64,000 bases of DNA from Polynucleobacter sp. (GTDB lineage Bacteria; Pseudomonadota; Gammaproteobacteria; Burkholderiales; Burkholderiaceae), in the NCBI GenBank assembly GCA_044345755.1, contig JBIJAM010000001.1, positions 25,865-89,864 on the forward strand, in the 5' to 3' direction. The position numbers were made by a program, and so were the translations under genes. The notes beneath the pieces were generated by a model. That model was given only the letters and a program-made list of their open reading frames with translations. It was not told the DNA's origin and searched no databases. Positions 11,000 to 21,983 of this stretch are shown here, piece after piece (position 1 is the stretch's first letter; each line of letters starts with the position of its first letter).

Positions 11000-11655
11000 A
11001 CTACCCCTGATTGTAAAGGCACAAAAAAGACATCGTCTAGGGCCGTGCGCTGATAGCGGTGGGAGCTCACCCGCTCGATCAGGAGTAATTGCTGCTCTTT
11101 TGCATTGCGAGCGACCGGGGCAACCAAACGCCCGCCAATCGCCAGCTGATCGAGTAAGGCATCGGGTATGCCCAAACCCGCCGCGGCGAGGATGATGGAG
11201 TCAAACGGGGCAGCCTGGGGAAGGCCCAAAATGCCATCGCCGTAAATCAAGCGCAGATTTTTAATCCGAAATGGCCTTAAATTGTCACGGGCTAAATCAT
11301 GCAGCGGCCGAATGCGCTCAATCGAATACACCTCATCAGCCAGTAAGCTCAATACGGCAGCTTGATATCCGCAGCCAGTACCGATTTCCAAGACTTTATT
11401 CAGAGGCTGTTTTGATTTATGCAAGAGCTCAATCATGCGCGCCACGACCGATGGCTTGGAGATGGTTTGCTGATGCCCAATTGGTAATGCAGAATCTTCA
11501 TACGCTTGCGGATGCAGGCCGGCATCCATAAAAGCATGGCGTGGCACCGTTGCAATCGCATCTAAGGTTTTGGCATGCTTCACACCCGCCATCGCTACCT
11601 TCGTAGCAAGCGCCTGCCGGTGCCCGGCAAACCGATCAGCAGAGGCCGACTTCAA
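10996..11655 (-). CDS. pcm: Protein-L-isoaspartate O-methyltransferase
   Basis: [19 protein letters not shown] and APFDSII motifs. Confidence 0.95.
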   Translation of the reverse strand: MKSASADRFAGHRQALATKVAMAGVKHAKTLDAIATVPRHAFMDAGLHPQAYEDSALPIGHQQTISKPSVVARMIELLHKSKQPLNKVLEIGTGCGYQAAVLSLLADEVYSIERIRPLHDLARDNLRPFRIKNLRLIYGDGILGLPQAAPFDSIILAAAGLGIPDALLDQLAIGGRLVAPVARNAKEQQLLLIERVSSHRYQRTALDDVFFVPLQSGVV

Positions 11656-12473
11656 CCGCGATTCCAGCCGTCTGCGCCCATCGCTTTTTGACGAGCGTGA
11701 TCAGTGAGGTCCAGCTGCATCGGCGTAATCGAGATGCAGCCCTCGTTAATCGCATGAAAATCCGTGCCAGCCGAATCATTCTTGGCATCGCCAGCAGGGC
11801 CGATCCAGTAAATCTTTTCACCGCGGGGATTGGTTTGCACAACCACAGGCTGCGAGTGATGGCGATTACCTAAACGCGTGACGCGCCAGCGCTTGAGTTC
11901 TTCATACGGCCGATTGGGAATATTGACGTTGAGCAGCGTGGCAATGCCATCGCCCTGCTGTGGGTGTTTGGGCATGGGGTGCGATAGCATTTGCGCCACA
12001 ATATCGCGCGCCGCTTGCGCTGCATCGTCAATGCGGGCCCAGCCTCGATCGGTTTGCGAGAACGCAATGCCAGGAACGCCAAACATCACGCCCTCCACTG
12101 CTGCGGCAACCGTACCCGAATAGAGCACATCCTCGCCCATGTTCTCGCCTTGGTTGATGCCAGACACCACTAAATCGGGGCGATGGTCTAAATAACCCGT
12201 CATGGCAATGTGCACGCAATCGGTTGGGGTGCCATTAATAAAGACAAAGCCATCGCGCTCACCGCCAGCGATCCGGTGAATCGACAAAGGACGCGACAGC
12301 GTTAAGGAATTGGAGGCGCCGCTGTGGTTTTGCTCCGGTGCGATCACCGTAATGCGGCCCAAGGGGCGGATTGCATTGACTAAAGCCAGTAAGCCAGGGG
12401 CTAAATAGCCATCGTCATTGGAGATCAGAATGTGGGGCAAAGTAGTATCGCCGGTAGGAAAAGAGGTAGCCAT
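11652..12473 (-). CDS. surE: 5'/3'-nucleotidase SurE
   Basis: [22 protein letters not shown] and YSGTVAAA motifs. Confidence 0.96.
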   Translation of the reverse strand: MATSFPTGDTTLPHILISNDDGYLAPGLLALVNAIRPLGRITVIAPEQNHSGASNSLTLSRPLSIHRIAGGERDGFVFINGTPTDCVHIAMTGYLDHRPDLVVSGINQGENMGEDVLYSGTVAAAVEGVMFGVPGIAFSQTDRGWARIDDAAQAARDIVAQMLSHPMPKHPQQGDGIATLLNVNIPNRPYEELKRWRVTRLGNRHHSQPVVVQTNPRGEKIYWIGPAGDAKNDSAGTDFHAINEGCISITPMQLDLTDHARQKAMGADGWNRG

Positions 12474-12580
12474 ACCTCATGATACCGAGAGTCGTGGTCT
12501 TCATTGAAATCAAGCCCCAGTCTTGCTTACCTAGCCGTGCTTCTGGGTGATTTGGAGAGGAAATTAAGGCTTCCAGTTCA

Positions 12581-12599
12581 ATAACAAATTTGTTATCAT
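12581..12599 (+). promoter_or_regulatory. Palindromic operator overlapping the extended -10 of the TA operon
   Basis: Perfect 16-bp palindrome ATAACAAA-TTTGTTAT (12581-12596) overlapping TGt-TATCAT (12591-12599), 6 nt before the toxin ATG. Confidence 0.7.
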
Positions 12600-12605
12600 T
12601 CTGCG

Positions 12606-12929
12606 ATGGGTTTCAACATTACTTATTACAGTCAAGAAGTGCAGGATGAAATTGTTAGTCTCCCCGTAACGCTTCAAGCGCGCTACATTGCCTTGACCAA
12701 TAGAATGATTGAATATGGCCCACACTTAGGATTACCGCATACCGATGCATTTGGTGGTGGACTATTTGAATTGAGACTTAAAGGAGTTGAAGGTGTTGCT
12801 AGGGTCTTCTTTTGTACGATGGTGGGACAAGAAATTGTAATGCTCCATAGTTTTGTTAAGAAAACTCAAAAAACGCCAGAGAAAGAATTGAAGATAGCCA
12901 AGCAACGCATGAAGGAGTTAAAGAAATGA
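12606..12929 (+). CDS. Type II toxin, RelE/ParE superfamily (HigB/Gp49-like)
   Basis: GLFELR..G..ARVFF and LHSFVKKTQKTP.KEL..A..R motifs; toxin-first arrangement. Confidence 0.88.
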   Translation: MGFNITYYSQEVQDEIVSLPVTLQARYIALTNRMIEYGPHLGLPHTDAFGGGLFELRLKGVEGVARVFFCTMVGQEIVMLHSFVKKTQKTPEKELKIAKQRMKELKK

Positions 12930-13243
12930 AGACTGCCATCAAAAAGACTGCAAAACCCTTAAGCCATAAACAAATGGTGGATAAGCTACTCAAAAATCCA
13001 GCCGTCAAAGCGGAAGTAGAAAAGCTCAATCGCGAAGAATTCGCCATTCTGGATCAAATCCTGGCAGCAAGAAAGGCAGCCGGCCTTTCTCAGGCACAAG
13101 TAGCAAAACGCATGGGTACACAAGCGCCCGCAATTGCAAGACTGGAAAGTTCATTGGCTACCGGAAAGCACTCACCCAGTCTAAGCACCCTCCGAAAATA
13201 CGCTGCTGCTTTAGGCAAGCGCGTTGAACTGCACTTAGTCTAA
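12926..13243 (+). CDS. XRE-family HTH antitoxin (HigA-like)
   Basis: ARKAAGLSQAQVAKRMGTQAPAIARLE HTH; ATGA overlap with the toxin. Confidence 0.88.
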   Translation: MKTAIKKTAKPLSHKQMVDKLLKNPAVKAEVEKLNREEFAILDQILAARKAAGLSQAQVAKRMGTQAPAIARLESSLATGKHSPSLSTLRKYAAALGKRVELHLV

Positions 13244-13257
13244 TAGTCCTAGCAGTA

Positions 13258-16200
13258 TCAAATCGCCTGCTTAGTCGGTGCGGGCAGACTCCGGCAACGG
13301 AACCAGCCGTAAATGACCGGCAGTACCAGTAAGGTCAGAATGGTGGTGGTCACCATGCCCCCCACAATCACGAGTGCCAAGGGGCGCTGAGCCTCTGAGC
13401 CAATCGATGTCGAGAGTGCAGCAGGCAATAATCCAAAGCCAGACAGCATGGCCGTCATCAAGACTGGCCTGACGCGCAGAGCAGCACCCTCCACCATCGA
13501 GTCCTTCATCGCGCCATGTTCATTAGCTACGGTCTTGTTAATAAACGAGATGAGGATCACCCCGTCCTGAATCGCAATTCCAAAGAGCGATAAAAATCCA
13601 AAGAATGCCGAGATGCTCAGGGTCTCGCCTGCCAAGTGCAGGGCAATTACTCCGCCAATGGCTGCAAAGGGTACGTTGATCATGACAATCACCGCATCCC
13701 GGAAGTTACCAAAGGCACTTACCAAGAGTAAGAAGATTCCGAGCAGGGCTAAAGGTACGATCACCATCAACTTACTCTGTGCCTGTTTCATTTGATTGAA
13801 TTGGCCATCCCAACTGATCGAGTAATTCGCCGGCAACACCACATTTTGTTCGACTAAGAATTGGGCATCCTCCACCGCACTCCCCAAGTCGCGTCCGCGC
13901 ACACTGAATTTAATGGCAATGTAGCGCTTACCGGCTTCCCGGTAAATAAAGAACGGTCCATCGCTGAGTTCAATTTTGGCCACCATGGAAAGGGGTATTC
14001 TTTTTCCGCCGGGGGCATCGACTAGCAATTGTGATACATCCGATACATCATTGCGACTGGCTTCGCTCAAACGCACGGCAATACCAAAAGTCTTTTCATC
14101 TTCGAGTAAGTTCGTGATTGCAGCGCCGCCAATGGCGTTCGCCACCACCGTCTGAATATCACTGACATTAATGCCATAGCGCGCAGCGCGTTCCCGGTCA
14201 ATCTGAATGTTGAGCGTAGGCTGACCCAATTCCTTGAGGATGCCCTCGTCGGCTACGCCGCGGACGTGCCTAATTTGCTCCAGCACTTCTTTGGCTTTGG
14301 CATCGAGCACTTCTAAATCGGCGCCGTAGATTTTGACCGAGTTCTCGCCCTTCACGCCGGAGAGCGCCTCATTGACGTTGTCCTGAATGTATTGGGAAAA
14401 ACTGTAATTGGCGCCAGGGATTTGATTCAGAACCCCTTCCAGTTTATGAATCAATTGCTTCTTACTGCTTCCATCGGGCAACTTATCGGGCGACTTCAAA
14501 TAAAGACCAAACTCAATGTTAAATACCCCGGTTGAGTCAGTGCCGTCGTCGGGCCGGCCAATTTGCACCGCCACCTTATCGATTTCAGCTTGTTTAATGA
14601 AATTCTCACGCAGTTGGTTGGCGACCTTAATCGAGTAGTCAAGGTCGACCGTATTGGGCAGCGTCACACGCAACCAAATGTTGTTTTCTTCCAGGGTCGG
14701 TAAAAAAGCGGTACCTAAACGGGTGACGCTAAGCAAAGTGAGTCCGAGAATGAATACCGCGACTGCCACAATCGTTCTGGGGCGATCCATCCAGCGGCGG
14801 AGTAAAGGTTTATAGCCCTCAGTCAAGCGGGTCATAAAACTGGGTGGCTTATGGCCCATGGTCTCACCAAAGATCAAGGAGATCATCGCCGGCAAAAAGG
14901 TCAGGCTCAATATCACCGCAGCGATTAAGGCAAAGCCCATCGTAAAGGCCATCGGCTTAAAGATGATGCCCTCTACCCCGCCCATAAAGAAGAGCGGGGA
15001 GTAAGCAACAATAATGATGCCGGTGGAATAGATCATTGCCCGCTGCACTTCGCTGGTGGCTAGAATAATGGCCTGATTGAGGCGCTTACCGCCCTTCTCC
15101 AAGTGCCGCATCACGTTCTCCGTCAGAATGACCGCCGCATCGACAATCACACCAAAGTCGATGGCCCCTAAGGAGATGAGGTTGGCCGGCACGCTCCAAA
15201 TGTGCATTTGAATGAAGGCCACGCAGAGCGCCAATGGAATAACCGCAGCCACCACCGCAGCGGCGCGCAGATTACCCAGAAAAATGTAAAGAATGGCAAG
15301 CACCAAGGTGATGCCAAAGAATAAGGTGTGCTTGACCGTGCCAACGGTAATGTCGAGCAGCACCTGCCGATCATAAAACGGCCGAACTTCAATGCCCGGC
15401 GGCAGAATTTGCTTATTAATGTTGTGGACGGTGTCGCGTACCCGCGCTAAGACTTCGGTGGCGTTTTCGCCGCGGCGCAAATAAATGATGCCTTCAACGG
15501 AATCCGGGTTCTCATTGAACTGAAACAAACCGAGGCGCGGCGCATTGCCAATTTGTACCGTGGCCACATCACCCACCCGTACCGGTACACCATTATTGGT
15601 CGTAATGACGACTTGCTTGATGTCATCGATGTTCTTGAGTAAGCCCACACCCCGCACCACAAACTGCTGCTCGCCACTGGGCAATAAACCGCCGCCCATA
15701 TTGCTATTGGAACTGGTAATCGCAGCAATTAATTGGCTAATGGAGATGCCCTTCGATTGCAGGCTCTCTGGCGTCACAATGACTTGATATTGGCGTACCT
15801 TGCCGCCAAACGAAGACACATCCGCAACCCCTCGGGTTTGCTTGAGCTCTTTGTAGATCTCGTAGTTTTGCAGTGTTTTGAGTTCAGCCGAGGATGCGTA
15901 GTCGGAATGCACCTCGTAGCGCATGATTTCGCCAGTAGCATCGGAGTCCGGGCTAATGCTCGAGACAACACCAGTGGGTAAATTGGCGTTGGCTAAATTG
16001 GCAATGAAGGTTTGCCGCGCCTTAAACGGATCGGCGGTGTCATTGAATTTCAGGGTAACGACCGATAAGCCAAAGAGCGAGACCGAACGAAACGCCTGCA
16101 GCCCGGGAATACCAGCCAGGGCATTTTCTACGGGAATGGTGACTTGCTGCTCCACCTCCGTCGTACTTCTGCCCGGCCACTGGGAAATCGCTTGAATCGT

Positions 16201-16341
16201 TAAGGGGGCAACGCCTGGGTATGGCTGTATGGGTAATTTACTCAGGCTATTGATGCCGAGGCCCAAGAGCACAATGGAGCCGACAATCACCAAGACGCGT
16301 TTTTCTAAAACGCCTCGAATGAAGGAAGTAAATTGGCTCAT
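13258..16341 (-). CDS. CusA/CzcA family heavy-metal efflux RND permease
   Basis: 1027 aa; ANLISLGAIDFG, FKPMAFT, RVRPVLMTA and QRPLALVIVGG motifs. Confidence 0.92.
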   Translation of the reverse strand: MSQFTSFIRGVLEKRVLVIVGSIVLLGLGINSLSKLPIQPYPGVAPLTIQAISQWPGRSTTEVEQQVTIPVENALAGIPGLQAFRSVSLFGLSVVTLKFNDTADPFKARQTFIANLANANLPTGVVSSISPDSDATGEIMRYEVHSDYASSAELKTLQNYEIYKELKQTRGVADVSSFGGKVRQYQVIVTPESLQSKGISISQLIAAITSSNSNMGGGLLPSGEQQFVVRGVGLLKNIDDIKQVVITTNNGVPVRVGDVATVQIGNAPRLGLFQFNENPDSVEGIIYLRRGENATEVLARVRDTVHNINKQILPPGIEVRPFYDRQVLLDITVGTVKHTLFFGITLVLAILYIFLGNLRAAAVVAAVIPLALCVAFIQMHIWSVPANLISLGAIDFGVIVDAAVILTENVMRHLEKGGKRLNQAIILATSEVQRAMIYSTGIIIVAYSPLFFMGGVEGIIFKPMAFTMGFALIAAVILSLTFLPAMISLIFGETMGHKPPSFMTRLTEGYKPLLRRWMDRPRTIVAVAVFILGLTLLSVTRLGTAFLPTLEENNIWLRVTLPNTVDLDYSIKVANQLRENFIKQAEIDKVAVQIGRPDDGTDSTGVFNIEFGLYLKSPDKLPDGSSKKQLIHKLEGVLNQIPGANYSFSQYIQDNVNEALSGVKGENSVKIYGADLEVLDAKAKEVLEQIRHVRGVADEGILKELGQPTLNIQIDRERAARYGINVSDIQTVVANAIGGAAITNLLEDEKTFGIAVRLSEASRNDVSDVSQLLVDAPGGKRIPLSMVAKIELSDGPFFIYREAGKRYIAIKFSVRGRDLGSAVEDAQFLVEQNVVLPANYSISWDGQFNQMKQAQSKLMVIVPLALLGIFLLLVSAFGNFRDAVIVMINVPFAAIGGVIALHLAGETLSISAFFGFLSLFGIAIQDGVILISFINKTVANEHGAMKDSMVEGAALRVRPVLMTAMLSGFGLLPAALSTSIGSEAQRPLALVIVGGMVTTTILTLLVLPVIYGWFRCRSLPAPTKQAI

Positions 16342-16347
16342 GTAGTT

Positions 16348-16394
16348 TTCTAACTTAGTGTTCTAACTTTGTCTTCTAACTCAGTCTTCTAACT
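16348..16394 (-). repeat. Four degenerate tandem copies of a 13-bp unit (core AGTTAGAA on - strand)
   Basis: TTCTAACT starts at 16348, 16361, 16374 and 16387 (exact 13-bp period). Confidence 0.85.
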
Positions 16395-17640
16395 TCGCAA
16401 AGCGATCGTTGAGCAAGACTGCGCCATCCGTCAGCACGTTTAAGCCAGGGCCGAGGCCATCGGTAATCGCAAAGCGTTTGCCGTCTAAGTCATAGCCTTT
16501 CACTAGAAGTCGGCGGAAGGTATCGGGCGCCACCTGCACAATCGCATAGCGCATCTCCCGTATGCGCACAATCGCCGATTGCGGCACCACCACAGCTAGC
16601 CCTTTTCCTACTAAGAGCTTGGCCGACATAAACATATCGGGGCGCAATAAACCATCCGCATCACTGACATCGGCACGAATCAGTAAGGCCCGCGTTTCTG
16701 GATCAACACTGGGAGCAAGGTAATTGGTTTTGGCGATAAATACCTGATCGGGATAGGCCTCGGTTTTTAGAATCAGTTGCTGGCCACTCGATAAAAGTCG
16801 AATGTCTTTTTCAAACACATTCCCCAAAAACCACAAGGCCTTTGGATCAGCCAGACTCGCCAGCACATCGCCACTATTGACCACGGCACCCGGCTCAATA
16901 TTGCGTTTGGTCACCACCCCTTCAATAGGGGAGCGAATCAACAAGTTCGCCTGCACTTTTTGGCTAGCCCTGAGCTGCGCTATCTCTTGATCGGATACAC
17001 CAATATTGCGCAGGCGATTGGACGCTGCATCTTGGGTCATTTTGGCATCCTGCATCAGGTCACTCATGGCCTGATTTTTAGACAGAATGCCCACGGTTCT
17101 GCTTGCTAGCAAATACTCTTGCTGCGCTGAATTAAATTCCGGGCTGTACATTTCTAAAATCGGTGAGCCTTGATTAACAGCAGCGCCATCAAAGGCAAAG
17201 ATCCGCTCAACTCGGCCTGCGACCCGCGCTGAAATCACTTTGGATTTTTCGGCGTTGAATGCCAGCCGTCCTGGCACTTTTATTTCAATCGGCACTTCGG
17301 TGGTTTTGGCTTCTTTAAAGACATAAATTTCAGGATTGAGGGTTACGCCCGGCAACTTGAGTTCTAAAGTACCGCTCTTTTCCACTTTGAGCGTCTTGTC
17401 GGACTTATCGATTTGTACATTCCGATTCACATCCGTCAGGCGACCGAGCACAATACCGAGCGATAAAATCGCAAAGGCCACCGCGGCCATGCGAATGCGC
17501 TGGCGCTGCTCGGGTGAGCGATTCCAGTAGAGTGCGGCCAGGTTTTCACGCAAATGCGCAAACTGCCCACCGAGCATCTGCTGGAGCCGGCTCATCTGCT
17601 CTACCGCCTTTTTTGTTCCGGTGCGAAATTGATCTTTCAA
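16381..17640 (-). CDS. RND efflux periplasmic adaptor (CzcB/CusB-like MFP)
   Basis: N-terminal TM, ISARVAGRVERI, IRSPIEGVV and LRPDMF motifs; lies between the OMF and RND genes. Confidence 0.9.
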   Translation of the reverse strand: MKDQFRTGTKKAVEQMSRLQQMLGGQFAHLRENLAALYWNRSPEQRQRIRMAAVAFAILSLGIVLGRLTDVNRNVQIDKSDKTLKVEKSGTLELKLPGVTLNPEIYVFKEAKTTEVPIEIKVPGRLAFNAEKSKVISARVAGRVERIFAFDGAAVNQGSPILEMYSPEFNSAQQEYLLASRTVGILSKNQAMSDLMQDAKMTQDAASNRLRNIGVSDQEIAQLRASQKVQANLLIRSPIEGVVTKRNIEPGAVVNSGDVLASLADPKALWFLGNVFEKDIRLLSSGQQLILKTEAYPDQVFIAKTNYLAPSVDPETRALLIRADVSDADGLLRPDMFMSAKLLVGKGLAVVVPQSAIVRIREMRYAIVQVAPDTFRRLLVKGYDLDGKRFAITDGLGPGLNVLTDGAVLLNDRFAKLED

Positions 17641-17649
17641 ACGATGTCC

Positions 17650-19137
17650 TTAAAACGGTTCTTTACCAGCGGCTGCGAGTACAGTCGCTTGCGATTGCAG
17701 TAATGCACTTTGAGCCAAAGCCAACTGAATTTCCAGTAAACGCAATTGCGTTTGCGCCGTTAGCACGTCATTAAATCCTTGGCCATTGTTGGCGTATTGG
17801 TTTAGGCCCACCTTGTAGGCGGCGTCGGCCTGCGGCACCTGGCGATCGCGCAAAAACTGCACCTGGTTTTTGGCTTGCTCGTAATTGGCGTAGGCCGTAT
17901 TGACGGCCAATACCACTTGCTGGCGACTGGCGATGTTGCTGGCTTCCAGCGAGGCTTGGTTGCGCCTTGCTTGCTCTACCCCATACTTTTCTTTAGTAAA
18001 GAAATACAGTGGAATCACAATATCGAGTTCAAACTGATAAAACAGCGCGCCGTTGTTCGCGGCAAACGGACCGCGCGGTGTATACGAAGAGCCAATCACC
18101 TGAAAATCCGGCAGGTAGGCTTTTTGGGCCAGGCTGACGCCTTTTTTAGCGGCATCCAGTTGTAAGGCCGAACTCTTGAGTAGCGGATGACTGGTCTCCG
18201 CATAATCTTCGAGCTCGAGCAAACTGGGTACGGCATTGAGAGTGAGGCGCGCATCCCCCCGCAGCAGCAACTGCTCGCGTGAGTGGCGCCCAATTAAGGC
18301 ATTGATGTTCTTGATCGCCACTTGCAATTGGCGATCGAGCGCAAACTGATCTGCTTCGGCTGCGCTTTGCGCCACCTGGGCATTTAAAAATTCCACATAG
18401 GCAGCGGCATTATTGGCGTAACGGGCTTTGGCCACGTTCTTAATCATTTCTAAACGGGTGACCGATTCCCTTAAAACGGTTAGCTGTTTTTGCGATGCCA
18501 AGGCGCTGTAATACAAACTAGATAACTGCGCCCCCAATTGCAAGTAAGTCGATTCACTTTGGGCTAAGAGTGCTTCGGCATTGGTATCGGCTATGTCGGC
18601 AGCCAAGCTTTTCTTGCCCGGAAACTGAAATGGCTGAGCAAAGGAGATGGCGTTGTTATTGCTTATGCCGTTGGGGTATTGCGAAGTGGGTGTGTTCGCA
18701 CCGCCCAATGCCAAGGGTGAGTTTGCTGGCATGCCAGACCACACTAGTCCTACTTGTGGATTAGCAGGAGCCGCAATTTGCGGTACGGTGGCTTTGGCAG
18801 AAAAGTAGGACTCACGCAGTGCAGCGAGCTGGGGATTATTGAGCTTCAGTTCAGACCACAGCTGGCGTAAATCGAGTTCATTGGGCGCAGCTGCTTTGGG
18901 GCTGGAATGAATGCTTGGGCTACTGACAAAATTGGGGGGCGTATTTTTGGCCGGCGCAACAGTCACCGACGCTTCCCGCGCGAGGGATGGCGTTTGCGCA
19001 TATGAATCAGCAACAGCTCCGCAACAGAACAACAGAAGCGCGAGAGACCAAGCGCGGCGGCTGTAGAGCACGGCCTGAGGCAAACACATGCTTCTAAAAT
19101 TTATTACCACAATTTTCAATTGCTGTCTTGCCCTCAA
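17650..19137 (-). CDS. TolC/CzcC family outer membrane factor
   Basis: Signal peptide, two OEP repeats (NNPQL.A, QPFQFPGK, YLPDF); first gene of the RND operon. Exact start uncertain. Confidence 0.88.
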   Translation of the reverse strand: MRARQQLKIVVINFRSMCLPQAVLYSRRAWSLALLLFCCGAVADSYAQTPSLAREASVTVAPAKNTPPNFVSSPSIHSSPKAAAPNELDLRQLWSELKLNNPQLAALRESYFSAKATVPQIAAPANPQVGLVWSGMPANSPLALGGANTPTSQYPNGISNNNAISFAQPFQFPGKKSLAADIADTNAEALLAQSESTYLQLGAQLSSLYYSALASQKQLTVLRESVTRLEMIKNVAKARYANNAAAYVEFLNAQVAQSAAEADQFALDRQLQVAIKNINALIGRHSREQLLLRGDARLTLNAVPSLLELEDYAETSHPLLKSSALQLDAAKKGVSLAQKAYLPDFQVIGSSYTPRGPFAANNGALFYQFELDIVIPLYFFTKEKYGVEQARRNQASLEASNIASRQQVVLAVNTAYANYEQAKNQVQFLRDRQVPQADAAYKVGLNQYANNGQGFNDVLTAQTQLRLLEIQLALAQSALLQSQATVLAAAGKEPF

Positions 19138-19233
19138 TTACCCGATAAAAAGTGGGTAAATGATTATATGGGGTAAACCCGTCTTAGCAGACTGAAAAGG
19201 GCAAAGAAATATGAATTACTGCACTAACCCCAA

Positions 19234-19857
19234 CTAGCCGACTGCGCGCCGATCCATCAGGGCCCGGGCTAGAGTGCCGGCATCAACGTATTCCAGCTCA
19301 CCGCCTACTGGGATCCCCCTGGCAATGCGGGTGACCTTAATGCCCTTGGATTTAAGGACTTCACCAATGTAATGGGCAGTGGCCTCGCCTTCGCTCGTGA
19401 AATTCGTGGCCAGCACAACTTCCCGCACCGCAAGGCCAGTATCGGGGTTCTCAATCCGTGCCAAGAGCCGATCAAAATGAATTTCCGTCGGGCCCATTCC
19501 GTCCAGCGGCGAGATGCGGCCCATGAGTACAAAGTAATTGCCTTTAAAGCTGAGGGTTTGCTCGACCATCACTTGGTCGGCTGGCGTCTCCACAATGCAG
19601 AGCATCGAAGGGTCACGCCTGCCATCCGCACAGGTAGAACAAATCGCCGTTTCTGAAAACGTATTGCAGCGACTGCAGTGCCCTACTTTATCGACTGCCT
19701 CACCCAAGGACTGGGCGAGTAAAGCAGCGCCATTGCGATCGTGTTGCAGTAAATAAAAAGCCATGCGCTGCGCGGACTTGGGTCCAACGCCGGGCAGAAC
19801 GCGCAGTGCTTCAACTAAGCGCTGCAGCGCATCCTGCGGAACATCATTTCGAGCCAT
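19234..19857 (-). CDS. recR: Recombination mediator RecR
   Basis: [11 protein letters not shown] HhH, C4 zinc finger, Toprim domain (EGEATA, GGELEY). Confidence 0.97.
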   Translation of the reverse strand: MARNDVPQDALQRLVEALRVLPGVGPKSAQRMAFYLLQHDRNGAALLAQSLGEAVDKVGHCSRCNTFSETAICSTCADGRRDPSMLCIVETPADQVMVEQTLSFKGNYFVLMGRISPLDGMGPTEIHFDRLLARIENPDTGLAVREVVLATNFTSEGEATAHYIGEVLKSKGIKVTRIARGIPVGGELEYVDAGTLARALMDRRAVG

Positions 19858-20180
19858 TAAAACGGTAACTTAAAGCCAGGTGGCATTGGCATGCCAGCCG
19901 TTGCGCCCGACATCAGTTTTTCACTGGCGGCTTCGACTTGTTTGAATGCATCGGCGTACGCAACCACCATTAAGTCTTCCAGCATCTCGCGGTCTTCCAT
20001 TGCGCCTTCGGCAATTTGTACGCGCTTGAGTTCGTACTTACCAGATACCGTGACTTGTATCAGGCCATTGCCTGCTTGCCCAGTGACTTCCATACTGGCG
20101 AGCTCAGCTTGGGCACGCTTCATGTTTTCTTGCATCTGCTGGGCTTGCTTCATCAGGCCAGCAATATTACCTTTCATCAT
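19857..20180 (-). CDS. ybaB: YbaB/EbfC nucleoid-associated protein
   Basis: MKQAQQMQ and EMLEDL motifs; dnaX-ybaB-recR order. Confidence 0.95.
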   Translation of the reverse strand: MMKGNIAGLMKQAQQMQENMKRAQAELASMEVTGQAGNGLIQVTVSGKYELKRVQIAEGAMEDREMLEDLMVVAYADAFKQVEAASEKLMSGATAGMPMPPGFKLPF

Positions 20181-20249
20181 TTTGTATTCCTTCTATTTAA
20201 TAGGTATCAATTAATTTGGTTTATTTTGATTTGATTTAGCTTTATTTTT

Positions 20250-21953
20250 TTAAGCAGGTCTAACGGAACCACTCACAACCTTCGCGCCAAACTCACGCTC
20301 GAGTTGCTGCACAAAAGGGTCGGCTGCTATCCGCTCTTCGGCATTTTGGCGTTTCTCGCTCTGGACTTGCGCATCGATTTTGGCTACGGTTTTTTCAACA
20401 GCGCCCTCCACAATCGAGATCTGTACTTTTTTTCCGTAATGCACGCTCAGCGCTTCACTTAAGCGGCCGACGCAATCTGCACTGGCTAACTGCGGCAAGC
20501 TAGTAATCACGGTAGCTTTAACGCCTTGCGGGGAATCTACCCACTCTTGCAATTCAGTCTGGTGCGCCAATTGCTGCACTAAACCACGCACTGGCAGAGC
20601 GCGCATCAAGCTGTGCCAATCGGGGCGCTCGCTGCTCGAAACGCTTGCGGGGGATGCTACTTTAGGTACTGCTGCTGGCGCGGCTGCTGCTGGAGCTGCA
20701 CTAACTGCAGGCTTAGCTGAGGTTGGATTAGCTGCTGGCTTAGCGGCAGCTGGAGTAGCTGAGGCTGGCTTGCTAGAGCTTTGGGTCAATGCAGGGGTAG
20801 AAGCTGCAGCATTACTACCGCCACCTACTGTTTGGTTTGATCCTGATCCTGCACTGCCCGGCCGAAAGGCCAGCATGCGCAGAAGTGCCATTGAGAAACC
20901 CGTTTGCTCATCGGGTGCGAGCGATAAATCAGGACGGCTGGTAATCGCTATTTGATAAAAGAGCTGGGCTTCTTCTTTGCTAAAGACGCTGGCTAAGCGG
21001 CGGATCTCGGCTGCTTCAGGCCAATCGTCTAACACCGATTCCGGGACGACTTGGGCACTCGCTATCTTTTGCAGGAGGCTTGCCAAATCTTGCAGTGCTA
21101 ATGAGAAAGACATGCTGCGCTCACCCATCTCTTGGGCGACTGCTACGAGGGCAGCACCATTCTTATTGGCCAGTGCATCAAGTACTTGTATTAAATAGGC
21201 ATCATCGAGCGTACCCAGCATATTGCGTACTGATTCTTGGGTCACGGTACCAGCGGCATAGGCAATGGCTTGATCAGTGAGGGAAAGTGCATCGCGCATG
21301 GAGCCTTGGGCTGCTTTTGCTAATACGCGCAGTGCACCGATTTCGGATTCGACTTTTTCGGCGGCAAGGACGGTCTGCAAGTGCTCCACGATTAAAGGTA
21401 CTGGCATTTGCTTGAGGTTGAACTGCAAGCAGCGCGACAAAATGGTCACTGGTATTTTTTGTGGGTCGGTGGTCGCCAATATGAACTTCACATGCTCGGG
21501 TGGCTCTTCCAAGGTTTTGAGCATGGCATTAAAGGCATGGTTGGTCAGCATGTGAACTTCGTCAATCATGTAGACCTTAAAGCGGCCATTACTGGGGGCG
21601 TAGGATGCCTTCTCTAATAGCTGCGCCATCTCATCGACGCCGCGGTTACTGGCGGCATCCATTTCTATATAGTCAACGTAGCGCCCGGCATCGATTTCGA
21701 GGCAAGCAGCACATTTACCGCAGGGCTGGGAGGTCATCTGGCCTTGGCCATCGGGCCCGATGCAATTAAGGGCTTTTGCCAGAATACGGGCGATGGTGGT
21801 TTTACCCACCCCACGGGTTCCGGTAAAGAGCCAGGCATGATGCAGGCGCCCCTGATCCAGGGCGTGGGTCAAGGCCTTGACAACGTGGTCTTGGCCCAAG
21901 AGTTCAGGGAAGGTTTTGGGGCGCCACGAACGGGCCAATGCCAATGTTGTCAT
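20250..21953 (-). CDS. dnaX: DNA polymerase III subunit gamma/tau
   Basis: LARSWRP, GTRGVGKTT, IDEVHML and SRC motifs; Ala/Pro-rich linker. Confidence 0.97.
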   Translation of the reverse strand: MTTLALARSWRPKTFPELLGQDHVVKALTHALDQGRLHHAWLFTGTRGVGKTTIARILAKALNCIGPDGQGQMTSQPCGKCAACLEIDAGRYVDYIEMDAASNRGVDEMAQLLEKASYAPSNGRFKVYMIDEVHMLTNHAFNAMLKTLEEPPEHVKFILATTDPQKIPVTILSRCLQFNLKQMPVPLIVEHLQTVLAAEKVESEIGALRVLAKAAQGSMRDALSLTDQAIAYAAGTVTQESVRNMLGTLDDAYLIQVLDALANKNGAALVAVAQEMGERSMSFSLALQDLASLLQKIASAQVVPESVLDDWPEAAEIRRLASVFSKEEAQLFYQIAITSRPDLSLAPDEQTGFSMALLRMLAFRPGSAGSGSNQTVGGGSNAAASTPALTQSSSKPASATPAAAKPAANPTSAKPAVSAAPAAAAPAAVPKVASPASVSSSERPDWHSLMRALPVRGLVQQLAHQTELQEWVDSPQGVKATVITSLPQLASADCVGRLSEALSVHYGKKVQISIVEGAVEKTVAKIDAQVQSEKRQNAEERIAADPFVQQLEREFGAKVVSGSVRPA

Positions 21954-21983
21954 GCGTCTATTCTAACAAGGGCTAAAATGATT

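Noticed and set aside
20426-20435. A7 run in dnaX (GGA AAA AAA GTA) as a programmed -1 frameshift for gamma
   Set aside because: It lies near codon 508 of 567, well past the usual gamma end; no clear stimulatory SD or hairpin seen.
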